The notes: generated by a model not told the origin, from the letters alone. 64,000 bases of DNA from Chiloscyllium plagiosum (GCF_004010195.1 NC_057728.1:46466645-46530644); one strand, 5' to 3'. Counted from the first letter of the stretch, positions 11,866-25,417 are shown. Numbers and translations: made by a program.

Positions 11866-13229
11866 ATGTGATGACCTTCGACTCAAATGCAGTACAGTAG
11901 AGAAATATGTAAACTGTCTATGAAATCTGTAATTGATTTTAACAATATTTGGAAGGTATTATAAAGAGTTTGTATCAATTGTAAAGGAATCAGTTGTAAT
12001 TTTCTTGGATAAATACGTACTGATCCAAGTCACTTATCAACCCTTGATCTGGAAGCAGTACCAATAGGAAGGAATGTAAGAACAGAATCCAATATAAAGA
12101 GCAGTAGCAAAAGTAAATGAATCAGCACACAGATGGGGATATAAAGAGATGTTATAGAAGGACAGCAATCAAACTCCTACTGTGTTTAGAGAGAACCAAC
12201 CCCTCTGAAAAAGAAAATCAATACTCTGTTTGGTAGAAGAAGAAATATAGAATTCCAGAATCTCTTGGGCAAATGAGGTTTGACCAAGCTAAAGAGGACT
12301 GAATCTGAGAAAAGAAATAAACAGCTCAGGCATGCAAAAGAGGATATGGTTATGAGCAAACATTGCTGCTGCTCAGTTGAAAATAAATTCAGTGCCACTG
12401 GGACAAATATGACCTGAATGAGAGTGTTCTTAGATGCATTTCTTATCTATGCTAACTGTATCTGGGGATGTCACATGGAATATAGCTGCCAATGAAAATA
12501 ACTCAGGGCTTGATTCAATTGAGTGGGAACGTGAGAGATCCGTGTATTAGTGACTGAGTTGGAAAGACTGTGAGATTGCACGTGGTGCTATATTTGTTTA
12601 GGAAGTAATGTGGGAACTTGTTATGACTTAAGACATACAAATGTATACGCCTTAAAAATATTCAGGTTAGTGCCAAACATTATAGTTAATTAAATGGTAG
12701 CTTCATCTTGATTACAGTTATTTCTTGCTGATGCATCAATTACCCTACAAAAAATATTGAGAAGGTATAAGTCAGAAAAATAGCTTTTGTTGGAAAGACA
12801 GTAAACTGAAAACTCTTAAACTAAAAAAAAACTTTGTCAAAAATGTTTGCAAAGTAATTATATCCAAGGTGAATGAAGATGAGGTCATGAAGCAGGTTGT
12901 TCTTTTTAATGACTTCAGGAATGTAAAGTAACATTACATTCAGGTGTAGATCTCTACTGCAGACAGGGAGTAACCCACTATCCACCCAGAGTGTGACTTC
13001 AAGACCACCCAATACAGAGTTACCAGCATGTCTCCAAATCATGAAGATGATGGTTTTGGCATTAGTTGTGGAGTTCAAAATGTTGAAAATAATCTCTGCA
13101 AAGAAGTGAAAATGCTAACAAGACTTTATATATTGCAAATGTAAGTATATAAAGCCTTCAAATGTCAATAACATTTCAGATCTTATCTATAGGAGAAGAG
13201 AGACCAGAAGCAAAGATATTAAGAAAGAG

Positions 13230-13490
13230 AAAATAAATTGTTTGCCTTTCTATAGTAATTTTCACATTCATAGAATATTTCAAAGCACTTCACAATGCTT
13301 AAACTAGCTTTCGTTTAAGACTCTTCAAATAAAGGATAACCCGATGCCCAATATATACAGTGAAAGCCACAAATAAAATGACATAATTGAATCAGATAAT
13401 CTACTTCAGTGATGCTGGTTTTGGAATAAAAGCAGTCTAAGCTGTCTAATTGACTTTACAAGCCAAAGATTGAGCCTCAGTATTCCAACT
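13230..13490 (-). mobile_element. DeuSINE-like remnant
   Basis: Antisense tail ...TTTCAAAGCACTTCACAAT and CAGATAATCTACTTCAGTGATGCTGGTT. Confidence 0.4.
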
Positions 13491-13594
13491 AATATTTGTC
13501 CATCAACCAATGTTATTAAAACAGATAATAATCACATTGTTGTCACTGGGTGATTTCATGATCACCTTTCCCATGTTGCAACAATTATACATCA

Positions 13595-14012
13595 AAGGGA
13601 GAGGCTGAATAGGCTGGGGCTGTTTTCCCTGGAGCATCGGAAGCTGAAGAGTGACCTTATAGAGGTTTATAAAATCATGCGGGGCATGGATAGGGTAAAT
13701 AGACAAGGTCTTTTCCCCAAAATGGGGGAGTCCAGAACGAGAGGGCAGAGGTTTATGGTGAGAGGGAACTAAGGGGCAACTTTTACACACAGAGGGTGGT
13801 GCATATATGGAATGAGCTGCTGAAGGAAATGATGGAGGTTGGTTCAATTCAACAGTTAAAAGGCATATGGATAGGTATATTGATAGGAAGGGTTTCGAGG
13901 GATATGGGCCAAATGCTGGCAAATGGGACTAGATGAATTTAGGATATCTGGTCAGCATGGATAAATTGGACTGAAGGGTCTGTTTCTATGCTGTACATCT
14001 TGATGACTCTGT
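13595..14012 (+). mobile_element. CR1 LINE 3' fragment
   Basis: ERLNRLGLFSLEHRKLKSDLIEVYKIM followed by the CR1 tail GGGTCTGTTTCTATGCTGTACATC. Confidence 0.92.
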
Positions 14013-15284
14013 AACTGAATTTGCTGGACAATGGTCTGGGACGCCCTGAGGTTATGAAAAGTGTTATATAAAAGCAAGTGTTTTTTATAAGAGATGTCTT
14101 CTCCCCAAGATGACTGAATCTTGCCAACATGCCAAGATTGGGTTTAGTGTGCTGCTTAATTCCTGTAACCAATGATCAGAACAAAACAATAAATCATTTG
14201 TGCATTATTCAGTTGGAAGCTCCAGAAACCTCTGAGTCAGCTCTATCAAGGTGTTCTGTAATAATATTCATCTGACTAATCACTGGCAGTCCTCCGAGTT
14301 AGGTCAATAACAGAGTATCTACACCTACTCTTCAGTTAAAGGGTTTTGAGAAATTCCTCTTACATAATAGCTCAAAAGCAGATAGTTGACTAATAGACTT
14401 CAAAATGAATAGAGATTAAACAAAGCACAATCTAAAGTTTTGTGTATTTTTCTTTGTACCTTTGTGTATAAGTGACAAAATGAACACATGAAGAAAATGT
14501 ATCATTGATGTAATTAAAAGCTCAAAGTGAATAGATATTAAATTGTAAGGGGCACAAGTGTAAATTCCCAATATATACTCTTTTATACAACCATCCTGTC
14601 AGAGAGAGGAAAAAAAAATCACTTATTTGTTCTCAGATTATTTTTTGGCCTTGTAGATCCTTGAGACTTTGGATGCAAAATTTGGTTCCTTTACACCTAA
14701 TTTTTCAGTGCTGAGAGTATTGTTCTGCTTTCAAATGGTGCCCACAGCATTCTTGCAGACTTCTAGTGTTAATTGCCCTGTGTGTCATTTTTGTGTGCAT
14801 GTTGACATCTCTTTTGCAGTGTTCATCGGGTGGGTGCAGTGCAAGCAGCTTGTACATTCAGCAGAGAGGTGTAACAGATTAGACAGCTGTATTGCCAATT
14901 TGAAGTTGAACATTTTAGCTAATGCCTTCAGTTTAACAGCCTCAGATTTGGTCATTAATTGAAAGGACCTCACCCTAAATCCTGGACATCAGTGGCGTTC
15001 AAATGGATTGTCAATGAGTTTGATTGTAGATAAATTTCTACCGGCCCTTGCTGCAGTTGTAAAAGCATTTGCATTTCCTCCAACTTGCTAAAGCTGTGAA
15101 TTGCTAATGGCATGGCATGTGCTGAAGAAGTTTGGCTTGCCCTCAAGATTTATGCACAAAACATTTTCACCCAAACATGGGTGCAGTAAATTTCATTCCT
15201 CTTAGTCTACAACATAAAAGTGAAAGTGAGCGGAAGGGATACTGAGCACAATAAGCTGCTTGGAGAGCAGAGGGAGATTGGCCC

Positions 15285-16700
15285 AGCAATTACAGACCAA
15301 ATCAGGTTAACTCAGGTGGTAGGGAAGCTTCTCAAAACTATTGTTCAGGAATTAATAATCACATGGTAAAATGTGGAATGATTCGGAAGAATCAGTGTTG
15401 AAAATCATGTTTTGTAGAATTAACATAGAGGTTTGGTGATGTGATGTTTAGGGCTTCCATAAGGTGTTCAGTACAGTGTCACGCAACAGACTTACCAGGA
15501 ATGTTAGGTGTCCTATATTAAAGGGGATAGTAGCAAAATGGACACAACATTGGCTGAGGGATATAAAGCAGAGAGCAATAGTTAATGAGTATTTTTCAGA
15601 CTGGAAAATGTTTATTGTGGGGTTCTCCAGGTGATATGATGGGCATCCTTAATTTGCCTGATTGACAGATTTCATTTTTTATTGACTCATGGGATTTGGG
15701 TGCCCATTGGTTGGGCCAGCATTTACTGCCCATCACCAGCTGCCCCTCAGAAACTGGTGGCGAGTTACCTTCTTGACCATTGCAGTTCATTTGAACCCAC
15801 AATCTGTTAGGGAGAGAATATGATCCAGTGACTCTGAAAGGTCAGTGATACATTTCCAAGTCAGAATGGTGATGATCCAGACCTTGGCGTATAAGGGACA
15901 ATTTCAATGTTTGGCGATAACACAAAACATGGGAGAATTGGGAACTGTGAGGAGGATAGTATAAAATTCAAAAGGATATTGATGCATTGCTGGAGAGGGT
16001 GGATAAAGGACAGATGGACTTCAGTGTGGAGAAGTGTGAGGTGATGCACTTTGGCATAAAGAACTTGGAGACAGTAGAAGCGAAAGGGTAGTACTCTAAA
16101 GGGTGTGCAGGAACAGAGAGACATGTGTATATCTGTACATAAATCATGAACAGTGGCAGGACAGTAGAGAGAGCTCTTAGTAAAGCATACAGTATTCAAG
16201 GCTTCATAAACAGGTGTGCGTAGAGTATAACTGCAGAGACAATGTGATGAACTTGTACCAAATATTGATTAGACCTCAGCTGGAGGATTGTGTACTGTAC
16301 TGGGGCGCCTCCCAATAGGAAAGATATGAGTATATTAGAAAGCGTGCAGAAGGTGTTTATGATAATGTTTCAGTTATACAAATCGATTGGAGAAGCTGGG
16401 CCTTTTTTCATGCAAAGGAGGCTATGAAAGCGATACAATAGTTTTAAAAATCATGAAGATCTGGACAGATTGGGTAAGAAAAAAGCTATTCCCATTAGTG
16501 TCAGAGGGTACAGTTTTAAAATGTTTTGCAAAATAAACCAATGTGATGTGAGAGAAAAAAAATTGCAAGCCAGTCAGCAGTGCCTGGAAATGTGGTGGAG
16601 GCACATTCAGCTGAGGAATCAAACCTCACATTGGATGATTTTTAAAATAGAAACATTGCACAAGGTAATTGGGAGAAGGCAGTATATTGGCAACAAGTTA
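15285..16700 (+). mobile_element. Old CR1 RT fragment with an antisense LINE-B tail insert (~15680-15870)
   Basis: Decayed NYRP.S, FGDNTK (from FADDTK) and RPQLE motifs. Confidence 0.7.
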
Positions 16701-17017
16701 ATTGGTTGGCACCAAGCCAACCACCAAGTGTGGTGGTGGAGGGTCAGTTATCTCAGCTCCAAGACATCTCTGCAGGAGTTCCTCAGTGTAGTGTCCTAGG
16801 CCCAATGATCTTCAGCTGCTTCACTAATGACCTTCCCTCTGTCACAAGGTCAAAAGTGGGGATGTTCGCCGATGATTGCAGTGTTCAGTACCATTCACGA
16901 CTCCTCAGATATTGAAGCAGTCTGTTTTCAAATGCAACAAGATCTGGACAATATCTAGGGTCTGGATTAGTGGTGCTGGAAAAGCACAGCAGTTCAGGCA
17001 GCATCCGAGGAGCAGTA

Positions 17018-17054
17018 AAATCGACATTTCAGGCAAAAGCCCTTCATCAGGAAT
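17018..17054 (-). ncRNA. Minimal hammerhead ribozyme motif, opposite-strand copy
   Basis: Minus strand reads CTGATGA-A-GGGC-TTTT-GCCT-GAAA-TGTC, with CpG-type changes that remain G-U compatible. Confidence 0.6.
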
Positions 17055-17059
17055 ACTGT

Positions 17060-17095
17060 ACTCCTGATGAAGGGCTTTTGCCCGAAACGTTGATT
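17060..17095 (+). ncRNA. Minimal type I hammerhead ribozyme motif
   Basis: CTGATGA-A-GGGC-TTTT-GCCC-GAAA-CGTT at 17064-17091: intact core, perfect stem II and palindromic stem III (AACGTT). Stem I is weak. Confidence 0.75.
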
Positions 17096-18035
17096 TTACT
17101 GCACCACAGATGCTGTCTGAACTGCTGTGCTTTGCCAGCACTTCTAATCCAGTATCTGGTTTCCAGCATCTGCAGTCATTGTTTTTACCTGGACAATATC
17201 CAGGCTTGCGCCGACAGGTGGCAAGTAATATTCGCACCACACAAATGCCAGACAATGACCATCACCAATAAGAGACGAGCTAACTAACATCCTCTGACAT
17301 TCAGCAGTATTTCCATCACTGCATCTCCCACTGTCAACATCCTTGGGGTTACCATTGACCAGAAACTCAACTGAACTCACCATATAAACACAGTGGCTAC
17401 AAGAGAAGGTCAGAGTGTAGAGATACTGCAGCGAGTAACTCACCTCCTGACACTCTGAAGTCTATCCACCATCTCTAAGGCACAAGTCAGGAGTGTGATG
17501 GAATACTCCCAATTTGCCTGGATGGGTGCAGCTCCAACAGCACTCAAGAAGCTTTACACTATCCAGGACAAAGCAACCCGTTTGATTGGCACCACATCTA
17601 CAAACATTCAAACTCTCCGCCGCTGGTGCTCAGTAGCAGCAGTGTGTACTACCTACAAGATGCAGGCAGAAATTCACCAAATGTCCTTCCGCAGCATCTT
17701 CCAAACCCATGACCACTTCAAGCTTGAAGGACAAGGGTAGTAGTTACTTGGGAGCACCAAGACCTGCAAGTTCCCCTCCAAGCCACTCACCACCCTGACT
17801 TGGAAATATACCACCACTACTTCACAGTCATTGGGTCAGAATCGTGGAATTCCTTCCCTCCCAGCATTGTGGATCAACCCACAGCAAGTGGACTGCAGAG
17901 ATTCAAGAAGGCAGCTCAACACTATTTGCTCAAGGGCAAATAGGGAAGGGCTATCAATGTTGGCCAGCCAACGGCGTCTAGGTCCCACAAATTATTTTTT
18001 TAAAAAGTCAGCATGTTCACAGAACCAGTGCAGAC

Positions 18036-19492
18036 ACATAGAGTCATAGAGATGTTCAGCACAGAAACAGACCCTTCCATCCAACTTGTCCATGCTGATC
18101 AGATATCCCAACCTAATCTAGTCCCACTTGCCAGCACCTGGCCCATATCCCTCTAAACCCTTCCTATTCATATACCCATCCAGATGTCTTTTAAATATTG
18201 CAATTGTACCAGCCTTCACCACTTCCTCTGGCAGCTCATTCCATACACGTACCACCCTCTGCGTGAACAAGTTGCCCCTTAGGTCTCTTTTATATCTTTC
18301 CCTTCTCACCCTAAACCTATGCCCTCTAGTTCTGGACTCACAAATCCCAGGGAAAAGACTCTGTCTATTTGTCCTATCCATACCCCTCATGATTTTATAA
18401 ATCTCTATAAGATCACCCCCTCAGCCTCTGACACTCCAGGGAAAACAACCCCAGACAATCAACCTCTCCCTATAGCTTAAATCCTCCAACCTTGGCAACA
18501 TCCTTGTAAACCTTTTCTGAACACTTCCAAGTTTCACAACATCCTTCCAATAGGAAAGAGACCAGAATTGCACGCAATATTCCAAAATTGGCCGCACCAA
18601 CATCCTGTATAACTGCAACTTGACCTCCCAACTCCTATACTCAATACTCTGACCAATAAAGGAAAGTATACCAAATGCCTTCTTCACTATCCTATCTACC
18701 TGCAACTCTACTTTCAAGGAGCTATGAACCCTGCACTCCAAGGTTTCTTTGTTCAGCAACACTCCCTAGGATCTTACCATTAAGTGTCTAAGTCCTGCTA
18801 AGATTTGCATTCCAAAATGCAGCACTTCACATTTATCTAAATAAAACTCACCTGCCACTCCTCAGCCCATTGGCCCATCTGATCAAGATCCTGTTGTAAT
18901 CTGAGGTAACCTTTTTCACTGTCCACTACACCTCCAATTTTGGTGTCATCTCCAAACTTAGTAACTATACCTCCGATGTTCACATCCAATCATTTATATA
19001 AATGACGAAAAGCAGTGGACTCAGCACCAATCCTTGTGGCACTGCACTGGTCACAGGCCTCCAGTCGGAAAAACAACCCTCCACCATCACCCTCTGTCTT
19101 CTACCTTGGAGCCAGTTCTGTATCCAAATGGCTAGTTCTCCCTGTATTCCATGAGATCTAACCTTGTTAACCAGTCTCCCATGGGGAACCTTGTCGAACG
19201 TCTTACTGAAGTCCATAGAGATTACATCTACCGCTCTGCTCTCATTAACCTTCTTTGTTACTTCTTCAAAAAACTTAATCAATTTCCTGAGATGTGATTT
19301 CCCACACACAAAGCCATGTGGATTATCCCTAATCAGGCCTTGCCTTTCCAAATACATGTACATCCTGTCCCTTAGGAGTCGCTCCAACAACTTGTCCACC
19401 ACCGACATCAGACTCACCGGTCTATAGTTTACTGGGTTGTCCTTACTACCTTTCGGAAGTAGTGGTACCACGTTAGCCAACCTCCAGTCTAC
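18036..19492 (-). mobile_element. CR1 LINE, 5'-truncated (RT plus 3' UTR)
   Basis: ANVVPL...NYRPVSLMSVV...DFSKTFDKVPHGRL...AVPQGLVLSPLLFVIYIND. Tail antisense at 18036-18075. Confidence 0.95.
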
Positions 19493-20523
19493 GTTTTTCA
19501 GTTTAGGTGGTAGGATAAGATGCAGTTACTGACCTTACCTACTTGTATGGGGTTATTGAACAATTTGCAGCACTGCATCCTGGTCTTTGGGTTTGAAGCC
19601 TGCCTAAAGGAAACCTGAATGACTCTCTGGCCCATTATCTTCACAGGATTGGTCTTCAGAGTCTTCTGATAGCTAGAGGATATGGAGAAAACCCTCCCCA
19701 TCTTCTACATGAATGTCTTCAATGGTGTTATAAAATTCTTGGTGTCCACTTTTGTAATTTTCCTGATTTTTATCGTCAAACTCATTTTTTGTACAACTTC
19801 CAGCACCTATTCTAACCCTGACATGCCATTTCTTTCACAGATGCAATTTTTGGCTTTGAGTAGCACAGACCAGTTCTAACTCATGTTAGCCTCATGTCTT
19901 CTTGTGCCCCCTACTCAGGTGCACAGCTATTCAACAGCATTCTTAGCACTGGCTGTTTGCTTGTCTTTCAAATTGTTCAATCATTTAAATTCTGCCTGCC
20001 TGATGTACGAACGGCATTGGAGGTAAACCTTGATCAGTTTTGTGGGCTGTCTCTGCCTTTTTTTTAAAGCTTAGGAATAGGTTTTGTAAGTTATTTTTAT
20101 CTTGGTTATATGTACGCTTACAAAAAAATGCCTCTGAAAGTTAGAACGTTGATTATAAATAAAAGGGAACCAAGGAGCTAGCATGTCTTGGGTGAACATG
20201 AATATCTGTCAGCAACCATGCAATTGCCTATTCGTTGATGAATTAAGTGTAAACTGCTAAGGATACTGTATGTGGAAAACTGGCTGATATTTGTGAGATT
20301 TCTGTGAAGAATGGATAAGCCTAGGCCTAAAAGCTGAAAGCCATTGTTTATTGCGTGGTTCGTCTGTCATTCTTTTGGTTTTTGATATGGGTCTGTTTGT
20401 AAATTCTAGCAGAAGTGTTTGGGACTTTCTGCAAAGTGAAACATATCAGAAAATTTCTGCAACCATAATCCAGGACCACCACATGTCAATTACACCCACA
20501 GCACAAGGCAAAACGAGTAGGGT

Positions 20524-20748
20524 GAAAACAAAATGGCTGGAAATCACAGTGGCTCAGTCAGCATCCATAGAGAGAGAGCAAGCCAATGTTTCGAGTGTAG
20601 ATGACTCTTCACCCAGCTTTGATGAAGAGACATTTAGACTCAACATGTTAGCTTGCTCTCTTTCCATGGAGGCTACCTGACCTGCTGTGAGTGGCAGCAC
20701 TTTTTGTTTTCAGTACAGATTCCAGCATCTGCAGTAATTTGCTCCTGG
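20524..20748 (+). mobile_element. Fold-back Penelope-like mini-element, degenerate
   Basis: Arms GAAAACAAAA...CTCTTCA / TGAAGAG...TTTTGTTTTC. Apex TTGATGAAGAGACATTTAGACTC, tail TTCCAGCATCTGCAGT. Degenerate TSD AACGAGTAGGGT (20512-20523) / AATGAATAGGGT (20749-20760). Confidence 0.75.
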
Positions 20749-20809
20749 AATGAATAGGGTCCTGAGTAAGGTTTCGTTGCTTGATTATTCCACTTAATTA
20801 AGACTGTTG

Positions 20810-22875
20810 TTTCACAGGATGTGGCATCCCTGGCTGGATGAACTCATTTTGCCTAATTCCTAATTACCCTTATAGAGCTGTGGTGAGCCATCTTTTTGAA
20901 CTGTTGCCGTCCATTGCAGAGATATTTGTGTCATCTATAACCAGGGGTGACGTGCCTGAAGACTGGACGATGGCTAATGTTGGGCCTTTGATTAAGAAAG
21001 GTTGTAAGGAGAAACTGGGGAATTAGAGACCTGTGAGTCTGACTTCAGTTGTGGGTAAATTGTTGGAGGTGGTTTTAAAAGAAAGGATTTATGGACATTC
21101 AGAGAGGCAAAAAATTATTATGGATACTTAGCACCGCTTTGTGCAAGGAAAATTATAACTTGATTGAGTTTTTTTAAGAAGTTACCAAAAAGATTGATGC
21201 ATTGCAGTAGACATTGTTTACTTGAACTTTTGCAAAGCCTTCAACAGCATGGTAGACTAATTTAAAGTTGTCACATGAGATTTGGGGTGAGCTTGCCAAT
21301 TGGATACAGAATTGGATTAATGGCAGGAGACAGGGAGTAATGATGGAGGGGTGCTTTTCGGACTGCAGTACTGTCACCAGAGGTGTTTCACAGGGACCGG
21401 TTCTGGGTTCTCTTGTTTGTCATTTATATAAATGGTTTGGATGAGAATATGGAAGTCATGATTAATAAGTTTGCGGACGATACCAAAATTAGTTGCATAG
21501 TAGATAGTGAAGAAGATTTTCTAAGATTAGAAAGACATCTTGATCAATTGGGTCAAGGGCTGAAAAATGGCAGATGGCATTCAATCTGGATAAATGTGAG
21601 GTATTTCATGGGGATACAACAAACGAGGGTAGGGCTTATACATTTACTGGTAAGGCCTCGGATAGTGTTGTAGAACGGATCCCACGGATACAGATACATA
21701 ATTCTTTGAAGTTTGCATCACATATAGACAGGATGGTTAAAAGGGCATTTGGCACACTTGGTCTTCATTGCTCAGTCCTTTGAGTATATAGTTGGGAAGT
21801 CATGTCGTGGTTGTACAGGACATTGGTGAGGCCTCTTCTGGAATACTGTGTCCAGTTCTGGTTACCCAGACATAGGAAGGATATTTTTAAGCTGGAGAGG
21901 GTTCAGAAGAGATTTACCAGAATGCTGCTGGGTATGGAAGGTTTGAGTTATAAAGAAAGGCTGGATAGGCTGGGCCTTTTTGCACTGAAACATAGGAAGT
22001 TGAGAGGTGACCTTATAGAAGTTTATAAAATAATGAGGGGTATAGATCGAGTTAATGGTAGTTATCTTTTCCCTAGGATGGGGGAATTTCAAGACTCACG
22101 GGCACATTTCTAAGGTGAGAGGAGAGAATTTGAAATAAAAGCATGAGGGGCAAATGTTTTTATGCAGCGGGTGGTTCTGTGTAGATGAAGTTCCAGAGGA
22201 AGTGGTAGATATGGGTACAATTACAACATTTAAAATACATTTGGATAGATACATGAATAGGAAAAGTTTAGAGGCTATGGGCCAGGAGCAGGCAGGTGGG
22301 ACTTGTTTAGTTTGGGATTGTAGTTGGCATGGACTGGTTGGACTGAAGGGTTTACTTGTTTCCACGCTGTATGATTGAATGACTCTATCTGTTGTAGGAC
22401 CAGCCACAGTGCTATTAGAAAGGGAGTTCCGGAACTTTTATCCAGTGACAGAGAAGGAATGGTGATATAATTCAAAGTCAGGATGGTGTTTGGCTTGGAG
22501 GGAAACTTGCAGGATATAGTGTTCCAATACTTGAGCTGCCCTTGTCCTTTGAAGTGGTAGAGGTTTGGATTTAGAAAGTGCTATCAAAGGAGCCTGGTTC
22601 AGTTGCTGCATTGTATCTTGTAGATGGTATACACTGCTGCCACTGTGAAGTAGTAGTGGATGGAATGAATGTTGAAGGTTGTGGATGGGGTCCCAGAAAA
22701 ATGGTCTGCTTTGTCCTGGATGGTTTTGAACATCTGAGTGTTGATGAAACTACTTATGCAAACAAGTGGACAGTGTTCCAGCCTCGTCCTAACTTTCAGC
22801 TTGTAGGTGGTGGTCAGGCTTTGTAGAGTCAGGAGATGAGTTACTTCCTACGGGATTTCCAGCAACTGACGTCTT
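20810..22875 (-). mobile_element. LINE family B 3' fragment (~20810-20910 and ~22390-22875) split by a CR1 insertion
   Basis: Antisense tail GGATGTGGCATCCCTGGCTGG, continuing after the CR1 with GCCACAGTGCTATTAGAAAGGGAGTTCC...CTTTGTCCTGGATGG. Confidence 0.75.
20912..22389 (+). mobile_element. CR1 LINE, 5'-truncated
   Basis: EIFVSSITRGDVPEDWTMANV, INKFADDTKI, LYRTLVRPLLEYCVQFW, then the CR1 tail. Confidence 0.95.
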
Positions 22876-25254
22876 GAAAATGCATCACTGTAAATTCAAA
22901 TAGAACAAGGAACCTCTATCTGACCTAGCTCAATCTCACCATTCTGTTTATTGCAAAACTTGCTGCAACCACATCATGACAGTCTGCTGTAAAGGTCTAT
23001 TGTTCTAAATACTGCATTTTTGAATTATTCATCCTTTATATTTGCTTTGCTTGGGATTAACATCAGCCTCCAACTGGATATGACTACTCTAATCTTTTGA
23101 TATGACTAAGCAATGGAAAATAATTTGTGGATTATTTATACAATTACTGGACCATGCTCCTAATTATTGCAAGCAAGGAGATGAATTGTAGATTTAGTTA
23201 GATTTATACAAATAATGTCAGAGGAGAATTCAGTACCATGCAAATACAACAGTAATGTAGATATGGCTAATAAACTAAAATAGGTATTGCTTCTAGTAGG
23301 TATAAACTGTCTGTCTGTTTGTGAAAGAAACTTCAGCCAAGTGCCATATTTAATTGTTGAATACATGGCGTTTCTGGCACCATTGGTATAATTTAACTTC
23401 TTTTTTGCATTGTTTTAATGTTTTCTAAGAGTAAATAAGATATGAATATTGACAGTTATAGTTGTGGTATAAGTAGTGAGTAAGCTATGATCATATTGAA
23501 TGGTGGATCAGGATCATCGGGCATAGTCTACTCCTGTTCCTACATTCTATGTTTCCATAATCATATAATGAATTTCATAATTTTCCACATTTGTATATGG
23601 TATCATTATCTTAAGAATTTTTTTTCCCGATGATATTTCAAATTAGTGAATAAAGCAGGCCTACCCTTAATCTAAACAGCACATAAAATAAGATAAGGCA
23701 AAAGGTCTAGAGGAGTATAGAAAGTGCAGTCGTGAAATTAAGAAGCAAGTTAGGAAAGCAAAGAGAGGGCATGAAATCCTATTGGCATGTGCTTTCAAGG
23801 AAACCCCAAGGATGTTTTACAAACACAGAAGAAGCAAGAGGACAGCTAAGGAGAGAATAGGCCATATTAGGGACCTGAAAGCTAATGTGTGAACACACAA
23901 GATGTAAGCATGGTTCTCAAAGAAGTGGGCGAGGAACACAAATCAGGTTTTGTAGTTAAAGAGGAGAAGTGTGAAATGTTGGATGGGATGAGCATTGTGA
24001 GAGGAAATAATTGTGTTTAGCATCCTTGAGGTTGGATAAATCACTGAACTCAAATGAAATCTATCCCAGACTGATAAGAGAAGCAAAATAAGAAAGAACA
24101 GAGTAAAAGTAAAATACTTTGTTTGCTGGCAATGTGAAACAAACACAGAGAATGCTGGAGAAACTCAGCCAGTCTGGCATCCGTGGAGAAAGAAACAGAA
24201 ATTTGAGTCCTGTATAACTCTTCTTCAGAGCCTTGGAAATAGCAGAGGTGTGGTCATCATTTTCCAACCCTCTCTAGACATAGCTAGAGTGTCATAGAGG
24301 ACTGGAGGACTGCTAATGATGCACCATTGTGTAGAACAAGGGATTAACAGCTAGTCAGGCTAAACTCTGTGGTGGGCAGATTATTGGAAAAAAATTCTGA
24401 GACTGTATAAATCATCATTTAGAAAGGTTCAAATTAATCAAGGGCTGTCAGAATGGATTTATTCAAAAAAGATCATTTCTGACTAACTTGATTGAATTTT
24501 TTGAGGAGGTCTGTCGAGGGTCGATAAGTGTAGCGGGTTTCTGTACTGTGCACAGATTTTAACAAGTTTTTTGACAAGGTTCGACATAATATATCACAAA
24601 AATTAAAAACTGATATGATCGAAGGATGGATGGCAAGTTGACAAAATCAGTACAGTAACAAAAAGTGAAATATTGTGGTCAACAGTATCTTTGTAACTAG
24701 AAATTGTTTCCAACATAGTTCTACAGGGCTCAATAATGGGCTCCTGCTATTTGTGGTACATGTGAATAATGAAGACCTAAATGCATGGGGCATGATCTTA
24801 GATCAAAAGAGCATTGGCTGGATGTTTGACTGTGAGCAAGAGAGAAACAGACTGCACATAAATGAGGGGAGATCACATAGTAATGAGGATACTTGCTACC
24901 CAGAGTGGCAATCTCATCTTGCTGTACAACATATGGTTGGAACATGCAACCTTTTGCCCTCAGCATTGGGAATTTCCTCATTATCAATCTCATGCCATTC
25001 TTCCAAATTTCTCGCCAAAGCCCATGTCATTCAGGGTCTATGAAGATCCCATCCATTAACTTTGCTTCTTCTATAGATGCTGCATGGCTAACTGAGTTTG
25101 TTCACTTTCTAAAATTCTTCTTTGAGTATATGCTAGAAATCTGTAAGCGTTAGCCAGGCTGGAGTTGGAAAACTGCAAAGGGTCACATTGTAAGAAGGAT
25201 GTGTTTGTTCTACAGAATTAACAGAGGAGATTCACCGGGATGTTGTCTGTAATG

Positions 25255-25417
25255 TCTAGATTAGAGTGGTGCTGGAAAAGCACAGCAGGTCAGGCAGCAT
25301 CCAAGAAGCAGGAAAATCAACGTTTCGGGCAAAGGCTCTTCATCAGGAATAGAGGCCCTAATGGATAGTTTTCGGGCAAAGGCTCTTCATCAGGAATAGA
25401 GGCCCTAATGGATAGTT
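25255..25417 (-). mobile_element. Penelope-like terminal fragment with a 47-bp perfect tandem duplication of the hammerhead region
   Basis: Same family as 16960-17188. Unit TTCGGGCAAAGGCTCTTCATCAGGAATAGAGGCCCTAATGGATAGTT at 25324-25370 and 25371-25417. Confidence 0.85.

Larger units (their letters stand above)
16960..17188 (+). mobile_element. Fold-back Penelope-like mini-element with 16-bp TSD
   Basis: TSD CTGGACAATATC(T/C)AGG at 16944-16959 and 17189-17204. 91-bp arms at 16962-17052 / 17062-17152, then a 36-nt unpaired 3' tail. Confidence 0.92.
16725..18005 (+). mobile_element. LINE family B (CR1/L2 group), RT C-terminal half plus 3' end
   Basis: ISAGVPQCSVLGPMIFSCFTNDLP...GMFADDC, DNIQACADRWQVIFAPHKCQ, MEYSQFAWMGAAPTALKKL. 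Interrupted by a PLE hairpin. Confidence 0.9.

Noticed and set aside
16706..16720. Perfect NFI site TTGGC-N5-GCCAA
   Set aside because: It falls at a junction of two LINE remnants, with no other support.
16962..17152. Long hairpins as miRNA precursors or DNA-transposon MITEs
   Set aside because: They have 10-16 bp TSDs, an asymmetric unpaired tail and similarity to PLE termini, which points to a retroelement origin.
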